DNA from: Cirrosporium novae-zelandiae
Taxonomy: Eukaryota
Length of the DNA stretch: 64,000 bases
Reading direction: 5' to 3'
NCBI GenBank assembly: GCA_026023565.1
Contig: JAPETS010000043.1
Coordinates: 1-64,000, forward strand
Shown: positions 10,964 through 24,275 of the stretch, in pieces
Layout: each line of letters begins with the position of its first letter
Position numbering within the stretch: the stretch's first letter is position 1
The notes under the pieces: generated by a model
Databases searched by the model: none
Told to the model about the DNA's origin: nothing
What the model saw: only the letters and a program-made list of their open reading frames with translations
Translations under genes and position numbers: made by a program

Positions 10964-13900
10964 TGAACAACCATAAGATCGGCAAAAAACGCTTTTTAGT
11001 GACCCCGCGCCATTAAATCAATTCACTATTGTGACGACCGTTATACGAAATAGTTAACGCTTATTTAAGGTCTATAAAGTCTAGCAGCAATAGGGAGATA
11101 TCAGGGGCTAGAAAAATACGTGCCGTTAACGAGAATTATATAAATACGAAAAAACGACAGCGCCTAAAAAATAAATTAAACGAATCGGAATAAAATTTTA
11201 TAATAAAATCTAGCGATTTAATATTATAATTTTTATTTTAAAAAAAAAACGATTAAATAAAAAAATATTATTGAAAAATTTTATAAAAAAAAAAAATTTT
11301 AAAAAAAAATAAATTAATAATTAAAATATTGTCAAGGTTAGGGCTCTGATAGTGTAGGTAGCGATGCGGATAGGTAGTGTATCTATATCGTGATAGTATT
11401 GTGATAATAATACTCTGAATAATACAAGACTGAAAGCTGGCCTTTCCCAGCTTTCCTTCCATCTTCTATATAAGTCTTTCTGTTTGACGTCTTTCCTTTT
11501 TCGGTAACCGTAGCGCCACTTCCCCGCTTCCGTCCCGCTTTCGGTCCCCAGACGTAGCAACCCCTTCCAGTACTCCACTTCCCCTCCTTTATAACAGAAC
11601 CCCTTTTTAGTATTCTACTTCTTTTCCTTTGTCACAAATATTTTAATTGAATAAACGATTAAATATATAATAATATATATATTTCCCGTAATTAAAAAAA
11701 AAATATATCAGGTTTTAAAAACCGACGATTTTATAATATAATTACGGAAAATATTTTTCGGTTTAAAAACCCGAATAATTATTTTAAAAAAATAAAATAA
11801 TAAAATTATAAAAATCTAAAAAAAAAATAAAAAAAATTATATACGATTAAATAAAAATTTCTAATAATTAAAAAAATAATTATAATAATAATCTAAATAT
11901 TATAAATCCGGATAAAAACCGTAAAAACTATATATAATAAAACGGAAAATTCTATAAATAAAAATTATATAATCCCAATAATTAAATTTAAACGAATAAT
12001 AAAAAAAAAAAAAATAATATTTTTTTTAATAATACCCCGAGCGGATATAATAATCGGATCGTAGATATTTAATACGCGGATAATAATATAAACGGATAAA
12101 AAAATCTAGAAAAACTTCTAATAAACGGCAAAAATAGTTAAATAAAAAGCTCTACCGCTGGCACCGAAAGCCCCGAAATAGGTTTCTGTAAAAATAACGC
12201 CGGTTACGGGGTTTATTTATACTAAAATAACCAATAAAATAGTAGACAAACCTGATAAAAAATAATAAATAATCAAACCCCGTAAAAAAGAACGCACTGG
12301 TTCCGCAGATAGGGACACAAAAACTGAAAATCAGAAAATACTGATTTTTAATAAAAAAAAAACCGAATATTCGGGCTCTACGATATCAATAATAACGGCG
12401 ATCAACGCTAAATTAATTGATTTAAACGTACCGCCTGAATTACGGATACGGGAAATCTATATTAATAAAAAAAATAATTTAAAAATTATATTTAATAAAA
12501 AAATTAATATAGATATATTAATATTTAAATATAAATAAAAAATTCTAAAAACCGTAATAAAAATAAATAACGCGATAATAAATATACGTTTATTAAAAAT
12601 TCTATATTAAATAAAAATACAAAAAATATTTTTAAAAATATTTAAAAATCTAAATTAAATAAAAATATAAAAAATATTTTTAAAAATATTTAAAAATCTA
12701 AATAAATTAAATTTAATAAAAAAAAATTTAAAAAAAATTTATTAATTATTCCGAAATACGGTAATCGTATAAATAATATTAAAAAAATATCGTTAAAAAT
12801 AAATATAAATTAGATTTATATTAAAAAAATATATTATTTCGATTAAAATAAAATTCCTATTTATAATATATACAAAATAAAAAATCGAAAATTATTATTT
12901 AATAGAATATAGATTTCGATATATCCGATAATTTATATTAAAAATAAATAAAACGTGTTTAAAATACATCTAACTGGGGTATAAATTATTTCTAGAATAT
13001 AGGGATAAAGCCCCGAAATATATTATATACGCGGAAATATACGAAACGTAAAATTATTAATATCGGATAATAGAATATAAATCCGTATATACGGGGATTT
13101 ATATATATATTTTATTAAAATATATAAACTATTTAGGCCTTTATATAATTATAAACAAAAAATATTTAATTACCCGAAAAATAAAAATAAAATATATAAA
13201 AAAAAAAATAAATTTAAAAAATTTTAATTAAACATTAAAAATCCCCAAATTTTAAAAAAAAATAAAAAAAAAAATATAAATAATATTTAAAATATTAATA
13301 ATATCGAAAATATTAATAATATTTATATTATAAATAAATAACGATATATCCGAATTATAAATAAAAATATTATAATATAATTATTATAAAAAATATAATA
13401 TAACGATTATAATTTTAAAATTAATTATATAAATTAAAACGGATATAATATTATTATAAAAATCTAAATAAAAATTAAAAAAAAAAATATTATATTCAAT
13501 ATAGGATTTTTATTAATCCGAATTAAAAATCTAAATAAAAAATAAAATCGTAAAAATAATTATTATTATATATAAAAACCGAAAAAATAATATATTTAAA
13601 ATAATTATAAAAACCGATTTAATTAATTATTTTTATTTTATAATATTAAATATTAATATAATAAATATAAACAGAGAAATAAAAAATCCGATTAAAATAA
13701 TTAATATTTACGATTAAAAATTAAAAAATATATATTTTTAAAAATAAAATCGATAATAAAAATTTAAAAAATTTTTATAAAATATAAAATAAAAATTTAT
13801 TTTTAATAATAATAAAATAATATTAATAAAAAATTTTAATATTTATAATTTAATATAAAAACCCGAACGGATTATTTATATAAACGATATATTTTTAATA

Positions 13901-16900
13901 ATATTTATAAAAAAATAGAATTTAATAATATAAAACGATACTATCTAAAATATTTAATTCGAAAAAAAATTAATTTATTATTTAATAATTAATTTAATAA
14001 TAATTAATCCCGCGATAAAATTATTTTAAAAATAATTAATAAATATAATAATCGATAATATAAATAATAAATTAAAAATTAATTTAAATTATATTTTTAT
14101 TTAATTCGAATAAAAGAATTACCGTTTAAAAATAAATTAATTAATCCCGAATTTATAGAATTTAAAACCATTGAAAAACCTCTAATAATAAATTAAAATA
14201 AAATAAAAATAAAAATCTTAATTAATTATAAAAAATATATTAATTATAAATTATGCGGAAACGTAACTAAAAAATAAAATATAAAAAATTATTATTTAAT
14301 TAAAAATTATTCTAAATAAATATATAAAATTTAAACAAATATACGCCTAATCGAAAATTTAATAAAACCCCGAATATATTATTAAAAAATACGAATATTA
14401 TATAATATTTAAAAAAACGAAATAAAAACGCCGGATTTACGAAAAAATTAAAATAATATTTAAAAAATTTATAAAATTAATTAAAATTAAAAAAAAAAAA
14501 AAATAAATCGATTTTTTTTAAATATATATAAAAAAAAAACGATTTAAACAAATTTTTAAACCCCGAAAATATTTAATAAAAATAAAAAATATTAAAATAT
14601 TATAAATTTTAAAACCGAAATCTAATACCAGCGTTTCGTATAAAAAATGGGAGAATAATGGTAGAAATTAAAAATAAAAAATTTTTTATACGGGAACGAA
14701 CGTTCCCGCTATTTTTAAAAAACCCTGAATCTCGGTTTCCGATCGGGGGGATATTCGCCCAATAATTGTCCGAAAAAACGGTACGAAAAACGTTATATAT
14801 ATAAAATACGAATAAAATTCTAAAATACGACGGTATTTAATTTAAAATATTACGTATATTATAATAATAAGATTTTAATAAAATAATAGAAATAATCCAA
14901 TATTATTTCCGATTAAAATATTATCCGACGTAATAAAAATATATTTAAAAAATATTATTATTTAAATCCGGAAAAACCGATAAAATATTAATTAAAAATT
15001 ATAAAATAATCGAAAAAATCGTAATTAACGCGCTAACGGATATATACGAAAATCTAAATAAATTATATAAAAATTAATTTCGATCAAAACGTAACCGGAA
15101 TGTAATTAATATATTTACGTATCTGATATATCGAATAAAAAAAAATTTAATCGAAAATAAATAATTTATATTTTATTTATAAACGTAAAAAAAAGATTTA
15201 ATTATATATTATAATTTAAATTAATATAATATTTAAAATAATTAAAAATCAATAAAAATATTATTAAATAAATAATCAGTTTTATAATTTAACGAAATAT
15301 CGAATTAATAATCGATAGAGAAATATAATCCCGAATCAATATAAAAACGGGGATATTATAAAAATTACCCGTATTTCTAATATTATTCCTAATATATTGC
15401 AACGGACTATTCGCAACCGTAAAACAAACGATCTCTAGAATCAAAATTTTATTATTCGTGGATAACATGAATTTTTCGACCATTTATATAAATAATAAAT
15501 AAATCCAGAAAACTATTTAATAAATAATAAAAACGGCGGTTTAATAAAAAAAAAATTAAATTAAAATTCGATATTTAAAAAATTAAAATTATAATATTTT
15601 TTAAATTATATAAATATTAAATTTAAATAAATATAAAATTGAAAATTAAAATCGATAATTATTTAATCGAATATAAAAAAAATTACGTATAATAATTAAA
15701 TATATAATTAAATCCGAAATTTAATTTCTAAATTTATTATATTTAACGTTTAATTAAAATTAAACGTGTAGAAAACGTAATTAAATATATATATTATTAA
15801 AACGGATTATTTACGGGATTTATACGTTAAATAATCGTAACAACGATAATATTAATTTATATATACGGATACGAGATCTAATAAAAAAAATAGATCGAAT
15901 ATTAAATAAAATTTTAAAAATTATTAAATAAATTTATAAAAATAATAATAAAAATTTATAAAATAATTTTAATAATAACGATTATATAAAAAATTTATAT
16001 ATATCCTGTAAATATAATATTAAATATTATATAAAAAAAATATAGATTTTAATATTTTTAAAAAATCGAAAAAAATTTAACGAATCTAATATTACCGATA
16101 ATATTTAAAATAAAAAATATAAATATTTAATTAAAAAAATAATTATTAAAAAATTTTTAATAAATTTAAAAAATTAAAAAAAATATATTAAATTAATATT
16201 TAATTATAATAATAATTTAAAAAATAATAAATCCGAATTTTAAAATCGAAAAAATCTAAATAATCGAAAAAAATAGATTTTTAAAAAAAATAATAATATT
16301 TTTAAAATAATAGATTTTCAGCGAAACGCTAATATAAAATTAGAAAAACGTATATTAATCGAATAAATTTAAATTAAAAAATTATAAAATAAAAATAAAA
16401 ATAATTTAAAAAATAATCGAAAAAACTTTATAAATAATACGGAAATATTATTTAAATTAAAATAAAAAAATATTCGATATAGAATTTTAGAAAATATAAA
16501 TAATTTTATAAATAACGGCTAAAACGTATCCGAATAATTATAAAATCCCCAGAAAAAAAATAATAATATTATTTGATTCGCAAACGACTATCAAACAGAT
16601 CGAAAAAAAAAATTAAAAAAAAACCAAATAATTATATAAAAAATATACGAATATATTAAATATTTAATAAATCAAAAAATAAAAATCATTATTAAATAAA
16701 TTCTAGAATATTATAGAATATTAAAAAACGAAATAATAAATTAAACGGCTAAAATAAATATAATATTAAAAAATAATAAAATAATTAAATAAATTTCGTT
16801 AATTTATATAGCCCGTAATATAATTAAAAAATAAATAATAAAAACGTATAATTAATTATATAATTAAAAAATAAAAAAATCGTTTAATAAATTATATCGA

Positions 16901-17687
16901 ATATACCCGAAATATAAAAAAAATCGGATATTAAAATACGCGTTTAAAAAATTAGTAAATAAATTTTATTAAATAAAAACGGGGTATGCCGTTATTAAAA
17001 AATATATATACCGTATAAAAATTATTATTATCCCGGAATATTAATAATATAAAATTTTATATTAAAACGTTTTTTATTTAATATTAATATACCCGCGTTA
17101 GAGAACGGTTAGAACCCGATTACGGGAAATAATAAAAAAATAAAAAAACTAATAATCCAATATAATCGAAAAAAAAAAACTAATATTTATATTAAAAAAT
17201 CGAAAATTTTTTAAAAATTAAATACGTTTTTTAAATAATACGGAGATAAAGAAACCCCAATTCTAAATCAGATACGAAACGGAAAATCGTGAAACGTACC
17301 TGGATTAAAAGTGGATAGAACCCGGATACGGAAAAAATAAGGACCCGGATATAGATATTAAATAAAAACGGGGTCCGTAATAGATACGCGGGGTAAACGT
17401 ATACGAGAATAAAGACTGAAAAAATCGAAAATAAATACGAATAAACCTATTTATAGGTTACGAATACCGAAATAACGCTAAAAAACTATCCGGTTAAATA
17501 AATCAGGTGATTCTAAAAAACCTAAAAAAAGGAAGAAATTATATAGCCGAATTAAAAGGGTGACCCCTATTACCTTAACTAAAAATAAGCCCGAAAAAGG
17601 ATACAAAAAAATCTAAAAACCCCCGAATAGAATCCGTCATAGCTTCTAAACGGTATATGGATATAAAACAATGAATAATTATTATTA
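10964..17687 (+). mobile_element. Full-length Tad1-like LINE (~6.4 kb excluding the solo LTR), RIP-inactivated
   Basis: 15341-15412 back-mutates to TGIPQGSPVSPILFLIY and 15455-15466 (ttc gtg gat aac) to FVDD, both non-LTR RT motifs. It has an (ATT)n 3' tail, and TSD (t/c)aaatattggttt at 10951-10963 and 17689-17701. Confidence 0.9.
11330..11636 (+). mobile_element. Solo LTR (family A), 307 bp, with 5-bp TSD AATAT
   Basis: Starts TGTCA and ends GTCACA, with aatat at 11325-11329 and 11637-11641. The homologous LINE copies (~2842 and ~21980) show the empty site with a single copy. Internal tatataa at ~11467. Confidence 0.93.
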
Positions 17688-20600
17688 TCAAATATTGGTT
17701 TAACGTATTTTTTTTAATTTTCTGGATTTATTAAAGATTTTCCAGCGGTTATTTTTTTAATTAAATATTTACGTTTTTTATTTTGAACGTTATCGGCAAT
17801 ATTAAATTCGTTAGATTTTTTTCGGTTTTTTAAAAATACCGAAATCTATATTTTTTTATACGGTATTTAATATTATATTTACGGGATATATATAAATTTT
17901 TTATATAACCGCTATTATTAAAATTATTTTATAAATTTTTATTATTAATTTTATAAATCTATTTAATAATTTTTAAAATTCTATTTAATATCTGATCTAC
18001 CTTTTTTATTAGATCTCGTACCCGTATATATAAATTAATATTATCGTCGTTACGATTATTTAATATATAAATTCTATAAATAACCCGTTTCGGTAATATA
18101 TATATTTAATTACGTTTTTCACGTATTTAATTTTAATTAAATATTAAACGTAATAAATTTAAAAATTAAATTTCGGATTTAATTATATATTTAATTATTA
18201 TACGTAATTTTTTTTATATTTAATTAAATAATTATCGATTCTAATTTTCGGTTTTATATTTATTTAAATTTAATATTTACGTAATCTAAAAAACGTTATA
18301 ATTTTAATTTTTTAAATATTAAATTTTAATTTATTATTTTTTTTTTATTGAACCGCTGTTTTCGTTATTTATTAAATAATTTTTTAGGTTTATTTATTAT
18401 TTATATAAATAATCGAAAAATTTATATCGTCCACGAATAATAAAATTTTAATTCTAAAAACCGTTTATTCTATAATTACGAATAGCCCGCTATAATATAT
18501 TAGAAATAATATTAAAAATACGGGTAATTTTTATAATATCCCCGTTTTTATATTAATTCGGGATTATATTTTTCTATCGATTATTAATTCGATGTTTTAT
18601 TAAATTATAAAACTAATTATTTATTTAATAATATTTTTATCGATTTTTAATTATTTTAAACGTTATATTAATTTAAATTATAATATATAATTAAATTTTT
18701 TTTTTATTCGATATATTAAATACGTAAATATATCGATTATATTTTAGTTATATTTTAATCTAAATTAAATTTTATATAATTTATTTAAATTTTCGTATAT
18801 ATTCGTTAATATATTAATTATAATTTTTTCGATTATTTTATTTAAATAATACAATAAATTTATTATTTTATAATTTTTAATTAATATTTTATTAGTTTTT
18901 CCGGATTTAAATAATAATATTTTTTAAATATATTTTTATTATATCGAATAATATTTTAATCAGAAATAATATCGGATTATTTCTATTATTTTATTAGAAT
19001 CCTATTATTATAATATATTAAATATTTTAAATTAGATTTTATCGTATTCTAAAATTTTATTTATATTTTATATATATAATATTTTCCGCACCGTTTTTTC
19101 GGATAATTATTAAGCGAATATTTTTTTTATCGAGAATCAAAATTCAGGATTTTTTAGAAATAATAAAAATATTCGTTCCCGTATAAAAATTTTTTTATAG
19201 ATTCAGCGTTTTTATTTCGTTTTTTTAAATATTATATAATATTCGTATTTTTTAATAATATATTCGGGATTCTATTATATTTTCAATTAAATATATATTT
19301 ATTTAGATTTTATATATTTATTTAGAATAATTTTTAATTAAATAATAATTTTTTATATTTCGTTTTTTAATTACGTTTCTATATAATCTATAATTAATAT
19401 ATTTTTCGTAATTAATTAGAATTTTTATTTTTATTTTATTTTAATTTATTATTAGAGATTTTTTAACGATTTTAAATTTTATAAATTTAGAATTAATTAA
19501 TTTATTTTTAAATAATAATTTTTTTATTCAAATTAAATAAAAACGTAATTTAAATTAATTTTTAATTTATTATTTATATTATCGATTATTATATTTATTA
19601 ATTATTTTTAAAATAATTTTATAATAAAATTAATTATTATTAAATTAATTATTAAATAATAAATCGATTTTTTTTCGAATTAAATATTTTAAATGATATC
19701 GTTTTATATAATTAAATTTTATTTTTTTATAAATATTATTAAAAACGCGTTATTTATATAAATAATTTATTCGGATTTTTATATTAAATTATAAATATTA
19801 AAATTTTTTATTAATATTATTTTATTTTTATTAAAAATAAATTTTTATTCTATATTTTATAAAATTTTTTTAAATTTTTATTATCGGTTTTATTTTTAAA
19901 AATATATATTTTTTAATTTTTAATCGTAAATATTAATTATTTTAATTAGATTTTTTATTTTTCCGTTTATATTTATTATATTAATATTTAGTGTTACGAA
20001 ATAAAAATAATTAATTAAATCGGTTTTTATAATTATTTTAAATACGTTATTTTTTCGGTTTTTATATATAATAATAACCGTTTTTATAATTTTATTTTTT
20101 ATTTAAATTTTTAATTCGGATTAATAAAAATTTTATATTAAATATAATATTTTTTTTTTTAATTTTTAATTAAATTTTTATAATAATATTATATCCGTTC
20201 TAATTTATATAATCGAATTTAAAATTACGATTATTATATCGTATTTTTTATAATAATTATATTATAATATTTTTATTTATAATTCGGATATATTATTATT
20301 TATTTATAATACGAATATTATTAATATTTTCGGTATTATTAATATTTCGGATATTATTTATATTTTTTTTTTATTTTTTTTTAAAATTCGGGAATTTTTA
20401 ATTTTTAATTAAAATTTTTTAGATTTATTTTTTTTTTTAAAAAAATTAATACGTAAAATAATTATATAATATTTTTTCGGCGTTTTTTTTTTATATATTC
20501 TGTCCCTATTTTTCGGGTAATTAGATATTTTCCGTCTATAATTATATAAAGGCCTAAATAGTTTATATATTTTAATAAAATATATATATAAATTTTTATA

Positions 20601-22433
20601 TATACGGGTTTATATCCTGCTATCCGATATTAATAATTTTGTGTTTCGTATATTTCCGCGTATATAATATATCTAAAGGTTTTATTCCTATATTCCAGAA
20701 ATAATTTATATTTTAATTAAATGTATTTTAAATACGTTTTATTTATTTTTAACGTAAATTATCGGATATATTAAAATCTGCGTTCCGTTAAATAATAATT
20801 TTCGATTTTTTATTTTTCGTATATTATAAACGGGAATTTTATTTTAATTAAAATAATATATTTTTTTAATATAAACCCGATTCGTACCCGTTTTTAATCG
20901 TATTTTTCCGGTATTATTTATACGATTACCGTATTTCGGAATAATTAATAAATTTTTTTTAAATTTTTTTTTATTAAATTTAATTTATTTAAATTTTTAA
21001 ATATTTTTAAAAATATTTTTTATATTTTTATTTAATATAAAATTTTTAATAAATATATATTTATTATCGTATTATTTATTTTTATTACGATTTTTAAAAT
21101 TTTTTATTTATATTAATTTTTTTATTAAATATAATTTTTAGATTATTTTCTTTATTAATATAGATTTTCCGTACCCGTAATTCAGATGGTACGTTTAAAT
21201 TAATTAATTTAATATTAATCGCTGTTATTATTAATATCGTAAAACCTGAATATTTAATTTTTTTTTTATTAAAAATCAGTATTTTCTAATTTTCAGTTTT
21301 TATATTCCTATTTACGGAACCAATACGTTTTTTTTTACAGGGTTTAATTATTTATTATTTTTTATTAGATTTATTTATTATTTTATTAATTATTTTAATA
21401 TAAATAAATCCTGTAGATTCCGGCGTTATTTTTATAGAAATCTGTTTCGGGGTTTTCGGTACCAGCGATAGGGCCTTTTATTTAATTATTTTTGCCGTTT
21501 ATTAAAAATTTTTCTGGGTTTTTTTATTCGTTTATATTATTATCCGTATATTAAATATTTACGATCCGGTTATTATATCCGTTCGGGATATTATTAAAAA
21601 AAATATTATTTTTTTTTTTTTATTATTTATTCGGATTTAATTATCAGGATTATATAATCTTTATTTATAGAATTTTTCGTTCCGTTATATATAATTTCTA
21701 CGATTTTTATTTAAATTTATAATATTTAGATTATTATTATAATTATTTTTTTAATTATTAAAAATTTTTATTTAATCGTATATAATTTTTTTTTGTTTTT
21801 TTTCTAAATTTTTATAATTTTATTATTTCGTTTTTTTAAAACGATTATTCGGGTTTTTAAACCGAAAAATATTTCCCGTAATTATATTATAAAATCGTCG
21901 GTTTTTAGAATCTAATATATTTTTTTTCTGATTACGGGAAATATACGTATTATTATATATTTAATTATTTATTCGATTAAAATATTCTAGTTATTAATTT
22001 ATTTTTTTTTAAAATCTTTTTTTTTTCGTAAAATTTTTCGACGACGTTTCTCCGTTTAATCGTTTTTTTTTTGAAATAAAGATCGTAGTACTAAATCGCT
22101 AGATTTTATTATAAAATTTTGCCCCGGTTCGTTCGATTCATTTTTTAGGCGCTATCGCCTTTTTATATCCGCCTGATTCTCGCTAACGGCACGTATTTTC
22201 TCAGCCCCCGATATTTCTCTACTGCTGCTAGGCTCTATAGGCCTTAGATAAGCGTTAACTGCTTCGTATAACGATCGTCACAATAATGAATTGATTTGGT
22301 GGCGCGGGGTCACCAAAAAACGTTTTTTCGAGTATTCAAGGTCTTTTTCAGCGTTCTCCTATATAAAGGTTTGGCCACGCGCCAAGCCTCGCCTATGCGC
22401 CTACGAAGCGCATATGCTTGGCACGCCGTTACA

Positions 22434-23462
22434 CCTTTGTATCCCCTTTCCGGCTTACTTTTAATTAAGATAGTGGGGGTTACTTCCCTGGTTCGGCTAT
22501 ATAGTTTCCCCCTTTTTTTGGGTTTCCTAGAATCACCTGATTTATTTAACCGGATAGTTTTTGAGCGTTATTTCGGTGTTCGTAACCTATAAATAGATTT
22601 ATTCGTATTTATTTTCGATTTTTTTCAGTTTTTGTTTACGTATACGTTTATTCCACGTTTTTATTACGGGCCCAGTTTTTATTTAATATTTATTTTTAGA
22701 TCGTTTTTTTTCCCGTGTCCGGGTTCTATCTATTTTTAATTTAGGTACGTTTCACTATTTTTTATTTCGTATTTGGTTTAGTACTGGGGTTTCCCTATTT
22801 CCGTATCGTTTAAAAAACGTATTTAATTTTTAAAAAATCTTCGGTTTTTTAATACGAATACTAGTTTTTCTTTATTGGTTATATTGGGTTATTGGCCCCT
22901 CTGTTTTTCTATTGTTCCCCGCAAACGGGCCCTAATTATTCTCCAGCGCGGGTATATTAATATTAAATAAGGTATATCTTGATATAGGGTTCCGCACCAC
23001 CAGTATTCCGGGGTAGTAGTAGCTTTCGTGCGGTATATATATTCCCCGGTGGCGGCGTGCCCCGTCCTTATTTGATGGAGCCTATCCACCAGCCCCCTAT
23101 TATTATCATTAAATATTAATTTAATATATTTTTTTTAATTTTTTTAATTTATTAGAAATTTTTCAATAATTATTTTTTTAATTAAATATTTATATTTTTT
23201 ATTTTTAAAATTATAAATAATATTAGATCCGTTAAATTTTTTTCGGTTTTTTAAAAATAACGAAACCTATATTTTTTTTACGCGGTATCTAGTATCACGC
23301 CTGCGGGATATATACAGGCCTCCTGCATAACCGCTGCTATTGGGGTTATTTTATCAACCCCCGTTACTAGCCTTGTAAGCCTATTCAGCAGCTTTTGAAA
23401 TTCTGCTTGATACCCGACTTGCCCCCTCCACCAGACCTCACACCCGTACATGTAAGTTGATA
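22434..23462 (-). mobile_element. Tad1-like LINE 3' fragment with ~0.7-kb internal deletion; least mutated ORF2 C-terminus
   Basis: ORF 22889-23089(-) RLHQIRTGHAATGEYI...WWCG...Q...YLI..YPRW is the mutated C-terminal zinc-knuckle region typical of fungal LINE ORF2 (QLRTGH...CWWCG...HL..CP.W). Colinear with 9560-10224, then jumps to 10939. Confidence 0.85.
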
Positions 23463-23485
23463 GACAAATATAATATATTATTTAC

Positions 23486-23689
23486 AATAAAATATATAAT
23501 TAATAAATATAATATATTATTTATATATAAAATATAAATAATAATAATTTTCGCAATATCTTTTTTATAAATATAAAAATCGAACGTTATTTTAATAAAT
23601 CAAACAGCGTTCTTTTATATAAGGGTTTGGCCGCGCGCCAAGCCTCGCCTATACGCCTATGAAGCGCATATGCTTGGCATGCCGTTATA
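23486..23689 (-). repeat. Partial LTR family B copy
   Basis: caaacagcgttcttttatataagggtttggccgcgcgccaagcctcgcctat...gccgttata matches 22349-22433 and 9364-9480. Confidence 0.85.
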
Positions 23690-23839
23690 TCCAGTACGAA
23701 TTGCAACGACATCGACTAAAAAATAAAAAAATTATTCGAATTTTATATAAAATTCATATAGACCACTAGTTAGACTGATATACTATAGTCTTCGACTCAA
23801 GCACTTAATAGAAAAATTAATCAATTTAATAGTAGTAAT

Positions 23840-24019
23840 TCAGTATAATACAAGACTGAAAGCTGGGTTTTCTTATCTTCTCTTTTTCCCTTTATATAAA
23901 GCCTCTATCCTTCGGTGACCTATCAGCCCCACGTAGCGCTACATTCTCGACTACGTTCCGCCTTCGGTCCGTAGATCTAGAGCCTCGTCCTAGTGCTCTA
24001 CTCTCCTTCCTTTGTGACA
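23840..24019 (+). repeat. Partial LTR related to family A, at the edge of the AT block
   Basis: Shares taatacaagactgaaagctgg, a TATA-like tatataaa, cgtagcgc, ttcggtcc and the terminus cctttgtgaca with 11420-11636. The 5' boundary is uncertain and may extend to ~23690. Confidence 0.7.
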
Positions 24020-24275
24020 TTAAAATATTTAAAACATAGAGGATTTGCTGATAAATAGCCGCACTATATTCATATTCTATGTCTCTTCTCCTTGTCTAGT
24101 TCTGGTCTCAAATCATCGATCGCCGTTCCTCTTTAAGCGTAAAATTTAAAGAGGAAAATTATATAGCAAGCCCAACCAAAATTATAGCCACGATCAACCA
24201 GATAAAGTTCGTCGATGATTTTTTAGTGGCTTGTTTGTTATCCTTATTTGGATAATATTAAGTGCTTCAGCATCT

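Larger units (their letters stand above)
9481..22348 (-). mobile_element. Near-full-length Tad1-like LINE (segments 9481-10950 and 17702-22348), interrupted by an antiparallel LINE
   Basis: Reverse complement of the 10964-17687 element, with its 3' tail at 9481 (aataatgatgattatttattg). TSD cagcgttctcctat at 9467-9480 and 22349-22362. Confidence 0.9.
3516..22433 (-). mobile_element. Ty3/Gypsy LTR retrotransposon (RIP-inactivated); internal region 3719-8902, 5' LTR split by LINE insertions
   Basis: ORF 7137-7319(-) reads FIYKKKENNLYLYINYKKFNKITIK..IIDKLSEIIIFIKLNIKNVYY, which back-mutates to the Gypsy RT motif FVxKKDGxLRLCVDYRGLNKITIK...LDRLSGAxIFTKLDxKDAYY. A degenerate integrase-like DLTMD motif lies near 5110-5135(-), downstream of RT (Gypsy order). 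A PPT-like tract sits at 3719-3735 next to the LTR. Matching LTRs are at 3516-3718 and 8903-8967+9364-9480+22363-22433. Confidence 0.88.
1..24019. repeat. AT-rich, RIP-degenerated transposon block
   Basis: Extreme AT richness with no intact long ORFs. Copies of the same repeats differ almost only by C>T/G>A changes. Composition returns abruptly to normal at ~24020. Confidence 0.95.

Noticed and set aside
3145..15483. Short F/I/Y/K/N-rich ORFs in the AT block (3145, 6180, 11268, 11321, 15289)
   Set aside because: They are by-products of RIP-mutated repeats or LTR sequence. Only 7137-7319 is informative, as a Gypsy RT relic.
22296..22592. 98-aa ORF
   Set aside because: It spans a LINE 5' end, an LTR segment and another LINE fragment, so it is a chance chimeric frame.
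1..24019. Organellar DNA insertion or alternative genetic code as the cause of AT richness
   Set aside because: No mitochondrial genes, rRNA or tRNA are recognisable, and copy-to-copy differences are directional transitions within retroelements.
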